From Mytilus trossulus (taxonomy: Eukaryota): a stretch of 64,000 nt of DNA. This document shows positions 1 to 13,177 of the stretch, one piece after another (the stretch's first letter is position 1; each line of letters opens with the position of its first letter). The DNA is taken from NCBI RefSeq assembly GCF_036588685.1, contig NC_086374.1, positions 23,994,001-24,058,000 of the forward strand. The letters are read 5' to 3'. The notes below the pieces were generated by a model. That model did no database searches. It was not told the origin of the DNA and saw only the letters and a list, made by a program, of their open reading frames with translations. The translations under genes were made by a program, and so were the position numbers.

Positions 1-33
1 TATTTGTTTGGCTTTTTAACTATTTTGATCTGA

Positions 34-77
34 GCGTCACTGATGAGTCTTATGTAGACGAAACGCGCGTCTGGCGT
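34..77 (+). ncRNA. Minimal type I hammerhead ribozyme inside a PLE pLTR/retrozyme-like repeat (repeat spans about 1-110)
   Basis: Stem I GCGUCA (34-39) pairs with UGGCGU (72-77). Core CUGAUGA is at 40-46, stem II GUCU-uaugu-AGAC at 47-59, and GAAA at 60-63. Stem III is the palindrome ACGCGCGU. The GUC triplet predicts cleavage after C71. Confidence 0.85.
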
Positions 78-131
78 ATAAAATTATAATCCTGGTACTT
101 TTGATAACTATTAAAGGAAATGTCAATTTAC

Positions 132-2467
132 CTGTTGTAATATTTTATCTTTATCAAAGTCTTCTTTACTACTTGTCTCTATAAATAAATGGTAAGGACT
201 CAGTTTTTCTTCCACACTTCCATGAACGACACCAAACCTTCCTTTCTTTACATAGGACACTTTATCTCCTACCCTACAAAATAATTCCAGAAATCTTCTT
301 CTACATATCTTTTCTGTTAAATTTGATTAAATGCAGCTACCCATACCAGCATTTCCTAGAAATTTTTACAAGACAGATAAATTGGCACTTATTTGACTGT
401 TTCATTCCAATTTGAATGGTTGAAATGTAGGAAGACATACAATTTATATTAACCTTTTATTTCAATTATTTCAGAATATTCCCTCAGACCTGTCATTATT
501 TTTTTTTCAATAGTGATCTCTTAAAGTAACCTCAATCGAACTTAAAAACAAACATTAAAATAGGTGAGAATCATGATATAATGAAATGGATAATTAGAAC
601 TGCCTTGACAGCTTCAATAATTAACAGGTGAAAGTTCTAGGGTGTAAGCAACATAGTAACTGACACGTATAACTTACCTACTTCATAACATACAGTATGT
701 GTGTACAAAAACTGTACATGTATATCCACAGGACAAAGATTCAATTTTAATTAATCTTGCCTTTTTTAAATAAATGTTTCTATCAAAACATGAATATTGT
801 AAAATTTACAAAATCAAACTAGAGGCTCTAAAGAGCCTGTGTCATTCACCTTGGTCTATGTGAATATTCAACAAAGGACACAGATGGATTCATGACAAAA
901 TTGTGTTTTGGTGATGGTGATGTGTTTGTACATCTTACTTTACTGAACATTCTTGCTGTGTACAATTATCCCTATCTATAAGGATTGGCCCAGTAGTTTC
1001 AGTGGAAAATGTTAGTAAAAATTTACAAATTTTATGAAAATTGTTAAAAATTTACTATAAAGGGCAATAACTCCTTAGGGGATCAATTGACCATTTTGGT
1101 CATGTTGACTTATTTTTAGGCCTTACTTTGCTGTAAATTATTGCTGTTTACAGTTTTTCTCTATCTATAATAATATTCAAGATAATAACAAAAAACGGCA
1201 AAATTTCCTTAAAATTACCAATTCAGGGGCAGCAACCTACAAACCAGTTGTCCAATTCATCTGAAAATTTTAGAGCAGATAGATCTTGACCTGATTAACA
1301 ACATTAGCCCCTATCAGATTTGCTCTAAATGCTTTGGTTTTTGAGTTATAAGACAAAAACTGCATTTTACCCCTATGTTCTATTTTTAGCCATTGCGGCC
1401 ATCTTGGTTGAGTGGATGGGTCACCGGACACAATTTTTTAAACTAGATATATATCCCAATGATGATTGTGGCCAAGATTAATTTTATTTGGCCCATTAGT
1501 TTCAGAGGAGATGATTTTTGTAAAAGATTACATAGAAAGGGCAATAACTGCTAAAGGGGTCAACTGATCATTTTGGTCATGTTGACTTATTTGTAAATCT
1601 TACTTTGCTGAACATTTTTGCAGTTCACAGTTATCTCTATCTATAATAATATTCAAGATAATAACGAAAAACAGCAAAATTTCCTTAAAATTACCAATTC
1701 AGGGGCAGCAACCCAACAATGGATAGTAAAATTCATCATGGCGGCCATCTTGGTTGGTTGGTTGGGTCACAAGGCATATTTTTTAAACTAGATACCCCAA
1801 TAATGATTGTGGCCAAGTTTGATACAATTTGGCCCAGTAGTTTCAGAGGAGAAGATTTTTGTAAAAGTTAACGACGAAGGACGACGACAGACGCTGGACG
1901 ACGCTGGACGCAAAGTGATCGGAAAAGCTCACTTGGGCCTTTGGGCCAGGTAAGCTAAAAAGGGAGACAACCAATATTCAAACTCATAAGTGGAGGACAA
2001 ACAGGAGAAGTCATGGCAAAACATAACTTCCACTTCACATGGTGATAGCCTATCTTAAAATAATGGAGGTGTACAATTTCATACTTACATAACAAATCAT
2101 TAATCTATATTTATATATAAATTGAATCAATTTTTATAATAAAAAAAATGCATGCAATAATTTCTGAATTTGCAGTATAAGGCTCATGAGAGATACATTT
2201 TACTTACCAATGAAAATAAACAAATTTAACAGTTGTTGACATATCAAATGTGCTTTCATATCTGGCTAATGCATACATCATCTGTGTGTCATCAAAAAGT
2301 TCGGGCATATCTGAAACATCCTCTCCTACTTTTAAAACAGTCAGTCTATTAGGGTCATTTTCTATATGGCCCACAACAATATAATTATCTGGACAATTAT
2401 CATCTCTGATAGACTTGATGCCTTCATCACATGATACTTTATCGTCAAATTCAGCTGATGTACTCAT
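132..2467 (-). CDS. ADF-H (cofilin/coactosin/drebrin-like) actin-binding domain protein, 5' part. Coding exons 2467-2208 and 273-132; continues beyond the left edge.
   Basis: Splicing across a phase-2 intron gives MSTSAEFDDK...YALARYESTFDMSTTVKFVYFHW|VGDKVSYVKKGRFGVVHGSVEEKLSPYHLFIETSSKEDFDKDKILQQ. The KFVxxxWxG motif is typical of ADF-H domains. Donors are gtaagt (2207) and gtaaat (131); acceptors are at 274-275 and 2483-2484. Confidence 0.85.
817..1960. mobile_element. Non-autonomous Helentron-type (HINE-like) element, copy 1
   Basis: Starts AACTAGAGGCTCTAAAGAGCC, has an internally duplicated core and a GACG-rich microsatellite, and ends in the hairpin AGCTCACTTGGGCC..GGCCAGGTAAGCT followed by an A-run. 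Closely similar to 9221-10538. Confidence 0.7.
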
Positions 2468-4115
2468 TGTGTTAGGTTATACCTGTTAATAAAAGAAAAC
2501 ACATTTCCAATAATTGTCCATCTAAAAATATATCTTTACATTTGATGTTTGAGATAAAATTTGAGATATCTTTTGAAGGCTAATAAAAAAGTATTTCATT
2601 TGATCTCTGATTTAAAGAACTTTTTTCTGCCTGAGTCATAATGAAAATCAAAAACAACTGAAATTTTATTGACCAAAATAAAAACTTGTATTCTAATCCA
2701 ATGATTTATTTGAACAATTTGAAGTTTGTGAAAGATACTTACTTAACAAAACTGAAATTTAGAAAACTACAAAATGTAGTATAATTAAAAACACCTTAAA
2801 AAATAATTATTACATTAACAATTATCTCCCCTTAAAGGGAATTTACTATCCCTAAATTGAAATTATGACATGATTTTGAAAATATAATTGCTATTTTTCA
2901 AATGCATGGAGATCCAGTATAAATAAAAGGATCTTAGGATCCTGAATCTGTTATTTTTGTAATGATAATTCAGATTTGCATCATTTAAATCATTAGCAAC
3001 AGTGGAAGGTATCCTTCATACTACGTAAGATTGTGACCTGGTTTGATATAAATCTACACAGACAGAATAAAATCAAGTCATTTAAGGAAAATTACCTAAA
3101 TAAGGATTTTTTTCATTGCTGATAAATTTTGTAGGAAAACATCTTTGTCTTTAATAAAGAACTTGATCCATTTGATAATCTTATTTTTGGAAGTTACTGG
3201 GTATTTTTTTTCGATGCATTGCATAGGGAAGAGCAAATGTTAAAAACATCAAGAAAATTGTTAAATTATAAGTAACAAAAATCATTACAGTGAGGGATCA
3301 AGAACATTTCTTAAAGGGGGGCAAGCTCCAGTCTTGCTTCAGTGATTCCCTATATAATCATCCAAATTTTTCCAGAGGGCCCTGGATCCACCTACACATG
3401 AACAATAACTTCCAGGAGAGCTTCTTTTCAAATGGTCTTGGTTCATCAGTATTCCTATGTTATGCTTAAAATTTTTACTATTCCTATGTTATGCTTAAAA
3501 TTTTACTGAGTTGCAACAAGAAAAAGTTTGAAACAATTAAAAATGTTTTTTGTTTGTGTTAATTTTCAGCATTGTCTAACTAATTTTAAAATTACCTTCA
3601 CAACTCACTTAGTTATCTGTGATAATATATCAATGCTACATGTGTATCATTCAAATATTAATAATTGTGAATCTGTTTTGTATTTCAATATGTGTAGTGG
3701 AATGTTATAAAATATTTTATAAATAAGACAAAACATTTACATTTTTAAACTACTGGTCATGTTACTGTTATTTTGAAATGCATTTTGCTATATTTAAACA
3801 TTTACATATATATAAGCATAAAGATTTAAAAACCCTACCTATATATCATAAGAATGCTCTCATTATACCTGAGAAGGAAGTACGCCCCTTCCTTCCCTAT
3901 ATAGACACTTCCTACGACTTGTTACAACTGTAATTATATACATTCCTCAAGTGTGATGGTACTTTAACTAAAGTGTCTATCTTTTCACAAGGGTCAGCTG
4001 TTTTGACCTTACATAACTTAGTTATAAAACAGTTATATTAAATGTGAGTTAAATGTATGTATAACTAAGTAAATACGTGTAATTTGTTCAAATATCATAA
4101 TATACAATATACAGT

Positions 4116-4251
4116 CATAGGCGGATCTAAGGGGGGGGGGGGGGGGGGGGCCTTTCGTGGGAAAAATTTGGTTGATTATATAGGGAATCACTGAAGTGTG
4201 ACTAGGTCAGATAGTGGGCCCCCCTTACAAAAAGTTCTGGATCCACCACTG
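4116..4251. mobile_element. Short GC-rich MITE with CA...TG ends and 5-bp TSD ACAGT
   Basis: Imperfect TIRs CATAGGCGGATCTA / TGGATCCACCACTG. ACAGT occurs at 4111-4115 and 4252-4256. Related copies or fragments lie at about 3290-3395, 50828-50974 and 51580-51660. Confidence 0.65.
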
Positions 4252-5334
4252 ACAGTAACAGATAGGTTAGGTAAGGCCCAAACATAGCTCTCATTTCTAA
4301 CTAGAATTTAAGATTAGTATACATGTAGTAGTCTATATTATCACAATGAATCATAGTAAAAAAAATAACAATAGGTAAATATAAAAACAAAGATGTGGTT
4401 TGATTGCCAATGAGACAGTAATCAACCGAAGTTCAAAAGAAGATGATGTTAGCAATAATAGGCAACGGTACAGCCTTCAACAATGAGAAAAATATATATT
4501 TTTGAAAAATAAGCAATCAATACTCTGTATAATATCAATTTCAATTTACCAATGTATTCAATGAAAACTTCAAAAAATGTTCATAGCCTGAAACTTATCA
4601 TTATGTATACATGTACATGTCATTAATTTAGCATGCTATGATTGTGTCCTCAAAATAGATTTTGTTACAATGTGTTTTTATAAACTAATAACATTTCTGA
4701 CTTGAATATTTAGTTTTTCTAAACTGTGCATTTTATACTTCATAGACCCTAATTTGGTTGAAACCTTGAAATCCTGGGAAATTTTTTCTAATTTCTCCAA
4801 CATTTCTAAATTTGGCCTATTTTTAGTGTACCAGTAAGTGATAGCATTTCATTAGCAAAGTTCTACAAACAGTTGCTGTATTTAACTAACTCATACATGT
4901 CATACGTTCATTCATCATCTTGAAACGTTTTGTTTTGAAATAATGGACTGTTGATTTTTGGAGTCAAATAATGTTCTTACAGCATCTACATGTACAAAAT
5001 GTACCCATTAACATATACAATTATAACTTAAAAATCAGAAGGATCCTGTCATTCTTTCTCCTGTAAGCATTCAATTGAGATTAAACCAAATGGTCTTACA
5101 TTTGTACTTGTAGATCTTATTTTGCTGAACACTTTAGCTTTTACAATTTCTTCTATCTATTATTATGATTATAGTTTCTGTATAAACTTAAAAAATAAGT
5201 TAAAGTAGACTAGTCTTTCAAGGGCAATGATCCCCTAATTGTTTTGTTCATTTTTACTATAAAAATTTCTCTATTTTGTTTTATATTTTTCAAGATAATC
5301 TAATACCTAAAACTTTAAAATTTCGAAGAAGAAA

Positions 5335-6190
5335 AAAGAGCACACACTGAAATGTTTTGTCTTCTTTACTTACCATTGATATCATATTATGGTGGTTATC
5401 CTATATATAAAGCTTTACTACAACTATCACATAAACATGATCCAAGAAAATGAGGTCAAGGTCAGATAAACCAAACGAGAAATACATGCTTACCTTACAA
5501 TCATTTAATACACTGAATATACATGTAGTTAACTTTTTGCTTATAGCTTATTATAGTTTCTAAGAAACAGACTTAACCAAGAAAACTTGATATTCTTGAT
5601 TGACCAATAAACCATGAAAATGAGGTCAAAGTCATCTGACCCATGCCAGACAGACATGTACACCTTACAATCAATATATGGATTACATATAGTTGACCTA
5701 TTGCTTATAGTATCTAAGAAACTATTTTAACCATGCAACTTTAACATTGACCAATGAACCACTAAAATGAGGTCAAGGTCAGATGATACCAGTCATATAG
5801 TTTATAATCCTTCTATACCATGTATACAAAAAATAAAGTTGACCATTTGTTTAAAGATGTATAGTTTAAGACCAAAGCATAAAAACTTAACACTGAGTAA
5901 TGAACTGTAAAAATGAGCTCAAGGTCAAATAAAAACTGTGAAACTGACATGTACATCATAAAATATTTTTATACAACAACTTTTGTTGACCTATTGCATA
6001 TAGTATTAGTATTAGAAAAAAAAGACTAAAACTCAAAAACTTTACTTTGACCAATGTACCATGAAAATGAGGTCAAGGTCAAATTAGTTTACACCAGCTA
6101 GTTGGACATGTACACCTTTAATACAGTCATTCCATACACCAAATATAGTATACCTATTGCATACAGTATAAGAAAAACAGACCAAAACAT
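5335..6190. repeat. Degenerate ~150-170-bp tandem array, probably a Helentron-type element core
   Basis: The motif AAAATGAGGTCAAGGTCA recurs at about 5447, 5617, 5765, 5909 and 6064. Confidence 0.6.
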
Positions 6191-6241
6191 GAAGTAAAAC
6201 ATTTTGAATGCAAATTAAACTATTTTAAATTGGTAAATGTG

Positions 6242-6617
6242 AATAGACAACTTTCGAGTTCAATCCATTTCGGTCCAAAACTTCGGTTTTAGTGAACGCC
6301 ACTCATGTGTTTAGGTGGGTCGTGGAGCGAGTGATTGAAAAACTATAAAGCTATATTGCACAAATTATTCGGCCAATTAAATTCTCATAATTGAGATTCA
6401 GCACCGCTGTCATTAGGGTATTGTGATTAAGTACCTACTGAACATACTTTATTTCTAGTTTATCCTGCACAATGATGATCACAAAGACACTTGATGAACG
6501 TTCACGGTGCAGGGATACAGGCGAGCACACGTACCTCTATCTGGTAAATGACATCATAAAGGCACTTATAATTGATGAGTTTTTTCCGGTGACAGATGAA
6601 CTCGAAAGTGGTCTATT
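6242..6617. mobile_element. MITE with ~21-bp terminal inverted repeats
   Basis: AATAGACAACTTTCGAGTTCA at 6242 and TGAACTCGAAAGTGGTCTATT ending at 6617 (one mismatch). Confidence 0.6.
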
Positions 6618-6754
6618 GAATTATTTGTGAAACAGCATTAAAGTGTATTGAGTATGTCTATAACTTCATGGTAATGTGGTAAATCATGACAGGTACATTT
6701 GTACATGGTTACCTAGCAGACCAACATTGAACCATCTCAAGTTTTTTTAAGAGT

Positions 6755-7940
6755 TCAGCAGTGTAAGGGTTCCAAACAGCAAGAACACTCTAGTTTTTGA
6801 AGGAAAAGTGATATTAAAGTATGTCTGTGACTTAATGTTTGAATTGTGATAAATGATTTAATGTTTCTTATAAGGAAACCTAGGCTTTTATTTGCATTTT
6901 TTCTTGTTTGTGAGTTGAGTCTTCTTCTTCTCTGGAGGTAATGAACCAAATTCAAAACTGAATGTGGTTGGTTCCACGCAAAAACCTGACGGATTGTCAG
7001 GCAATAGAGGAAGTTCTTTCTTGGATATTTTCATTTAAAATATTCAAAATATAATACAATTAGAATTATGTACAACTGGTGTTCACCCCTTCCTTTCAGA
7101 GTATGCCTTTTAGGGCAGCCCTGAATCCCTCAACTGTGTTGGCTGATGAAACTGATGTTGGTAAGTTGTTCAAATCCCTGATGGTTCTTTGGAAGAGAGA
7201 TTTTCTGTAGACATATTCTTTCTTGGGAGAAGCAGTTTTTACCTCTAGTTCGGTTATCATTTGCGGTTAAACATTGGTGACAGTTTATGTCTATAAGATC
7301 ATGCTGGATCTTGAATAGCATGCATGTTTTCCTCCTTTCGTCAAGGCTTTCCCATTTTAGAGTTACTACCATATATGTGACACAACCTGTTCAATGATCA
7401 ATTGCCTTGATCTTTTTTGGGGTTATTGTGCATGCATATTCCACTGTACATGTAGGTCTCACCATGGATACATACATGTATGCAGCCGCCATTACATGTT
7501 TTGTACATCCTTTGAGATTTCTAGCTAAAGTTAGATTATCAAGGCCTACTATATTATCTATGTGTTTATCCCAGGTTAGGTAGCTTCGACTGTATCTAGA
7601 GTATGATCGTGTAGCTGGTATGACGTTTGTATCACTGGACAATTTTTTGGTGATACTCTTATGACAAGACATTTTTTGGCATTGTATCTCATCTGCCATT
7701 TGTTTTCCCAGTCTTCTCAAGCTGACAAGTCCATCTGGTGAAGTTCACGGTCTGCTTGTTTGGTGATGGTATGAAAGAGTAGGCTGTCATCACATATAAT
7801 TTGGTCTCTGATGTACATGAATATGCTGGTATGACGTTAATGTCGGCCAGGAACAGTAATGGTCCAAGGACTGTGCTTTGGGGTACACCAGAGAGTTCTG
7901 GTACTTGGGTGGAGACAGCTCCCTCAAAGTATTACGCTCT
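6755..7940 (-). mobile_element. Decayed non-LTR retrotransposon (LINE) reverse-transcriptase fragments
   Basis: The minus strand encodes GVPQSTVLGPLLFLADIN (RT motif), LTWDKHIDNI, SMVRPT..EYAC, LKWESLDERR..MLFKIQHDLIDI and NANKSLGFLIRNIK, interrupted by frameshifts. Confidence 0.8.
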
Positions 7941-9220
7941 GCTTTTCATTATGTAGTAATGAAGGAAGGGGTGAATCCATTTGTTGGTTTTGGGGTTCAA
8001 TGACACCATGGTGGATTTGGAGTGTGATGCCAAGATATTTTGCTGAATAGGCAGTTTCCAATGTATGGTTGTGAATAATCTAATAATGTGTGATATTTTT
8101 TTGTTGTTTGAAGCAATGAGTACTCTACTTTTATCTTGTGTAAGGCCTTTGGGATGGACAGACACAAAAATTTTCTAAATCAGTAAATGTAAGCCTCGAC
8201 TCAGAGCTTGAGATATAAGAAGGCATGCATTGGATCAAATGACATAATTTAAAGGTGCAGCCTAAGCTCCGAACTATTCTACCTTAGACAGTTTCTAAAC
8301 CTTTACAGTAAATCAATCGGAAAAATTGCCTGAGATCAGAATCCGGGACAATCCGGTTCGTTGACAAATTATTTAAAGCGAAGCAAGACATCTCGGCACA
8401 TTACAAACTCGGGACATGTCAACTCGGCATATTGCAAACTCGGTACATTACAAACTCGGCTATTACAAACTCGGTACATTCATACTAGAAATCTGAGACT
8501 ACTATAACAGTAGTCTCAGTAGAAATGTATCAGATTTATTATTGTGCCAATAAAGACTTATATTCAATAAATTTGAAATTAATACTTAGTAAAATATATG
8601 AACAATTTATACATGGCTCAGCAAAAACGGTATCTTTTATGGTTTTCTCATATATACCTAATATAGAAAATATAGCTCATACAAATACTTAAGACAAAAA
8701 TAAAATACAGGATTTAAACTATAATAGAATTGTCTGAAAATGATAGATTACAATCACTTCTATCTTCATTTGATAGTATAGAGCTTACTGTACCTTTCAT
8801 TAAAACAGTTGCACTATTATTGGAGGAGACAAAAACCTACATGAATAATACTGTTATATACAACTTTATATATATATAGTGTTCATAAACACTGTTTATT
8901 TTGTTATGATTTCTGCATATATATTATTTGTGTATATATTTGTATTGTATAGTTTATATATGCCTCCAAACCCCTAGGGGAATAAATAAATAGTTGTGTT
9001 TGTATGTAATATTTTTACGGTGAAATTCAGTTTTTTTTCTTTAAAAATTTTGATAACATTAAAAATGGCATCCCCGTTTTGCATCGTATCTAATAAACTG
9101 TAAATAATTATGTTACATTGTCAAGTGACGGTTTTTTTCATTGTTTCCTCAATTTAAATTATGTATTTTTTTTATGGTATTATGACGATTTTATGATTAT
9201 CTCCAACTAACTGCAATAAA

Positions 9221-10538
9221 AACTAGAGGCTCTAAAGAGCCTGTGTCGCTCACCTTGGTATATGTGAATATTAAACAAAGGAAGCAGATGAATTCATGAC
9301 AAAATTGTGTTTTGTTGATGGTGATGTGTTTTTAAATCTTACTTTACTAAACAGTCTTGCTGCTTACAATTATCTCTATCTATATTGAAATTGGCCCAGT
9401 AGTATCAGTGGAAATGTTAATTAAAAATTTAAAATTTTATGAAAATTGTTAAAAATTGACTATAAAGGACAATAACTCCTTAGGGGGTCAATTGACCATT
9501 TCGGTCATGTTGACTTATTTATAGATCCTACTTTGCTGAACATTATTGCTGTTTACAGTTTATCTCTATCTATAATAATATTCAAGATAAAAACCAAAAA
9601 CAGCAAAATTTCCTCAAAATTACCAATTCAGGAGCAGCAACCCAACAACCAATTGACTGATTCATCTGAAAATTTCAGGGCAGATAGACCTTGACCTGAT
9701 AAACATTTTTATCTCATGTCAAATTTCCTCAAAAGGTTTTGGTTTTTGAGTTATATGCCAAAAACTGCATTTTACCCCTATGTTCTATTTTTAGCCGTGG
9801 CGGCCATCTTGGTTGGTTGACCAGGTCACGCCACACATTTTTTTAAACTAGATACCCCAAAGATGATTGTGGCCAAGTTTGGATTAACTTGGCCCAGTAG
9901 TTTCAGAGGAGAAGATTTTTGTAAAAGATTACTTTAATTTACGAAAAATGGTTAAAAATTTACTATAAAGGGCAATAACTCCTAAACGGGTCAACTGACC
10001 ATTTTGGTCATGTTGACTTATTTGTAGATCTTACTTTGCTGAACATTATTGCTGTTTACAGTTTATCTCTATCTATAATAATATTCAAGATAAAAACCAA
10101 AAACAGCAAAATTTCCTTAAAATTACCAATTCAGGGGCAGCAACCCAACAACCGATTGACCGATTCATCTGAAAATTTCAGGGCAGATAGATCTTGACCT
10201 GATAAACATATTTACCCTATGTCAGATTTGCTCTAAATGCTTTGGTTTTTGAGTTATAAGCCAAAAACTGCATTTTACCCCTATTTTCTATTTTTAGCCC
10301 TGGCGGCCATCTTGGTTGGTTGACCGGGTCACGCCACACATTTTTTAAACTAGATACCCCAATGATGATTGTGGCCAAGTTTGGTTTGATTTGGCCCAGT
10401 AGTTTCAGAGGAGAAGATTTTTGTAAAAGTTAACGACGACGGACGACAGACGACGGACGACGGACGCCGGACGACGGACGCCGGACGCAAAGTGATGGGA
10501 AAAGCTCACTTGGCCCTTCGGGCCAGGTGAGCTAAAAA
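9221..10538. mobile_element. Helentron-type (HINE-like) element, copy 2, nested inside the MULE
   Basis: Same ends as 817-1960, a ~490-bp core in two tandem copies, a (GACG)n-like microsatellite at about 10433-10488, and terminal hairpin AGCTCACTTGGCCC-TTCG-GGCCAGGTGAGCT. Confidence 0.75.
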
Positions 10539-10895
10539 TAGGATGGCTACCTTTAATATTTATCCTTTCAATTAGAGAAGTTTCAGGAAATAGGTGATGA
10601 TTATATATTGACAGTATAATAATCACATAATAATTAATGACAGCGGTATTTAATGACAGCCTGATAACATTTTTATGATATCCCGTTAGTAAAGCAGCTT
10701 GAGTTTATCCTGATGAACTCCATGTGACAAATAAAATGTCAAGTACCGCCTCTTTTTAAATTTATTGCGTAAAAAGTACATATATATCTGGTAAGAAACT
10801 AAAAATATTATCATAGTCTTTTAATATTTTTAAATTGTTTCACGAATCGCTATGTATATCCGCTTTAATTAATAATTTTGTACTTTCGTCAAATA

Positions 10896-11864
10896 ATGGG
10901 CACAGACCATTGTGTCGAATGTTCCCGTGTTGTCACTACCAGACAACAAGCACTGACCTGTGATAACTGTGAAAGATGGGTACACAGAGTTTGTAATACA
11001 GGTATGTATATATATTTTAATATATTGAATTTAAAAAAAAATAATTTTACAACGAATTTAGTTTTATGAAACACACATTCCTATCATTTATACGATTCAG
11101 ATAGATCTTAAAATCTTCATCTTAAAGTTATTATTTAAAAAAAATGCTACATACAGTTATCTTATTTATAATAAAAAATATTTAAAGAACTTGTTACTAT
11201 GCATGCAACAAATTAATAATAGCCAGTAATAAATTGTTACATTTTCTATTAATTTTGGGACTTTTTGTTTGTATAAACCTGATAGATGTTTTTAAAATGT
11301 ATCACATATGTTAATAATAGCCAGTAATAAATTGTTACATTTTCTATTAATTTTGGGACTTTTTGTTTGTATAAACCTGATAGATGTTTTTAAAATGTAT
11401 CACATATGTATATAAAGTATATATATAGTTAACACATACATGTATACTTTCATTCCGATGTTCTTCCTTTTATTGATATTAATACTAAGAAGAGCGTAGT
11501 GTTCCGTAGTTCAATATGTTAAAGTAAATACTGAGTAGGCAAACACATATTAAACTTTATACATAAGTACATAACTGAAGTCTTTTTACTCTGACTCTAT
11601 AAACATATCTCGCTTCAAGTCTTATTAACTGATTACTACTGTATTTGCTCTCGAATTTTCAACATAAAAAACACGTATATGATCACTTTTACAGGCATAA
11701 CTCAAACAGACTATCGTCGTCTAATGAAAGGAAAGCTTGACATTGCATTTACTTGCAACCTATGCAAAAACACAACAGAAAATGCTCCTGTTGAATCCAC
11801 CAGATTAGAGCAAGACAGTGAGCAACGTTCCACACTGACAGGATACGGTACCTTCAATATTTGA
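10896..11864 (+). CDS. Transposon-borne PHD-finger protein, 91 aa (exons 10896-11001 and 11695-11864)
   Basis: Spliced product MGTDHCVECSRVVTTRQQALTCDNCERWVHRVCNTG|ITQTDYRRLMKGKLDIAFTCNLCKN... shows the C4HC3 pattern. The phase-1 GT-AG intron keeps the frame (106+170=276 nt). It may be a truncated transposon gene. Confidence 0.65.
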
Positions 11865-13177
11865 TGAAACTACTAATCTATTGCGATGGTGATACTAGAA
11901 ATAAATCACTGAACATGATACATTTAAACGAAATCATTCGAATATGGAAAACTCCTCAAATCTCAAACACTTTTAAATCTTTCCATTTGCACCATAATTT
12001 CTTTACAAGTTGCTAAGACTGTTGTTTTTTTCTAGTGATCTGATGATTTAAAATCCGGTCAGGTCTATGAGAAATGCTGTCGATTGCATTTAAATTCATC
12101 AGTCATGAGACTTATTGAAAACTGTAAGAAGTGTTGTTTCTGGCTATTTTTTTCTTGGTCACAAATATCAAACTAACAACTATATCACCCGAAAGACATG
12201 TAGAAACGGCCAACCGTTTTCCTTCCTTAACATAATGATGTGTCGTCATTTTTTATAACTATCTATCAGTTATAGAAGAGAGACGAAATATTCCAGAGGG
12301 ACAGTCAAACTCTTAAATCAAAAGAAAACTGCAAACATACAAACAATAGTACACATGACATAACATAGAAAACTAAAGAATAAGCAACACGAACCCCATC
12401 AAAAACTAGGGGTGATCTCAGTTGCTCCGGAAGTTTTTATCCTTCTGGTAACTGAATGTTTTCATTAATGTGTGCATTAGTTTTTAGACATTCGATCTAG
12501 ATAAGCAAAAAACGAGGGCAACACTTTTGCCTACCTAACTGCATCACCTTAAATACACATAGCATATATCAATGACCAAGAAAAAATGAATGTAGGACAG
12601 AAAGTCAAAGAACAAAAAAAGTCACAATTAATTTGGAGACATTTGTTTGAATATATAACAGAAAGATCTTGCAATGTTTTCTTTTTATTACAAAACACAT
12701 TTTTGTTCATATCAAGTGACACTGTTTTCTTATTTATGTCACAGAACTATATATAACTTGTGACTTTTTGTCCTATAGTTTGTTCCATTTCTCACCTATT
12801 TAAAAAAATAATGTTATCTTTTTCTCATCGTAATTATTATATAAAATTTCTTTTTATGAACCATTGCCATAAATATATTCATTGGTGTGCCGAGTTTGTA
12901 AAGGTAATGTGCCGAGTTTGTATAGGCCGAGTTTGTACTATGCCGAGTTAAACATGTCCCGAGTTTGTGGTGTGCCGAGATGTCCTGTATTCATTTAAAG
13001 CTGCCTAAAGCACAAACATTCTTAGTCTTACCGGTTTGTCTGACACTTCCTAATGACTTCAACGGAACTGAAGATAATGCTGTCTAATCAGAAGCACAAC
13101 TGTCACATTGATAGAAATTATTTGTAAAGAAAAAAACCAATAAAACCGTGAGGTTCTGTAAACTTACAAACACTTAC

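Larger units (their letters stand above)
8380..12992. mobile_element. Mutator-like (MULE) non-autonomous DNA transposon, 4.6 kb, 9-bp TSD ATTTAAAGC
   Basis: Termini GAAGCAAGACATCTCGGCACA and TGTGCCGAGATGTCCTGTATTC, with subterminal AAACTCGG/CCGAGTTT repeats over ~100 bp. ATTTAAAGC is at 8371-8379 and 12993-13001. Confidence 0.8.

Noticed and set aside
11214-11408. Exact ~99-bp direct duplication in the PHD intron
   Set aside because: A simple local tandem duplication with no sign of function.
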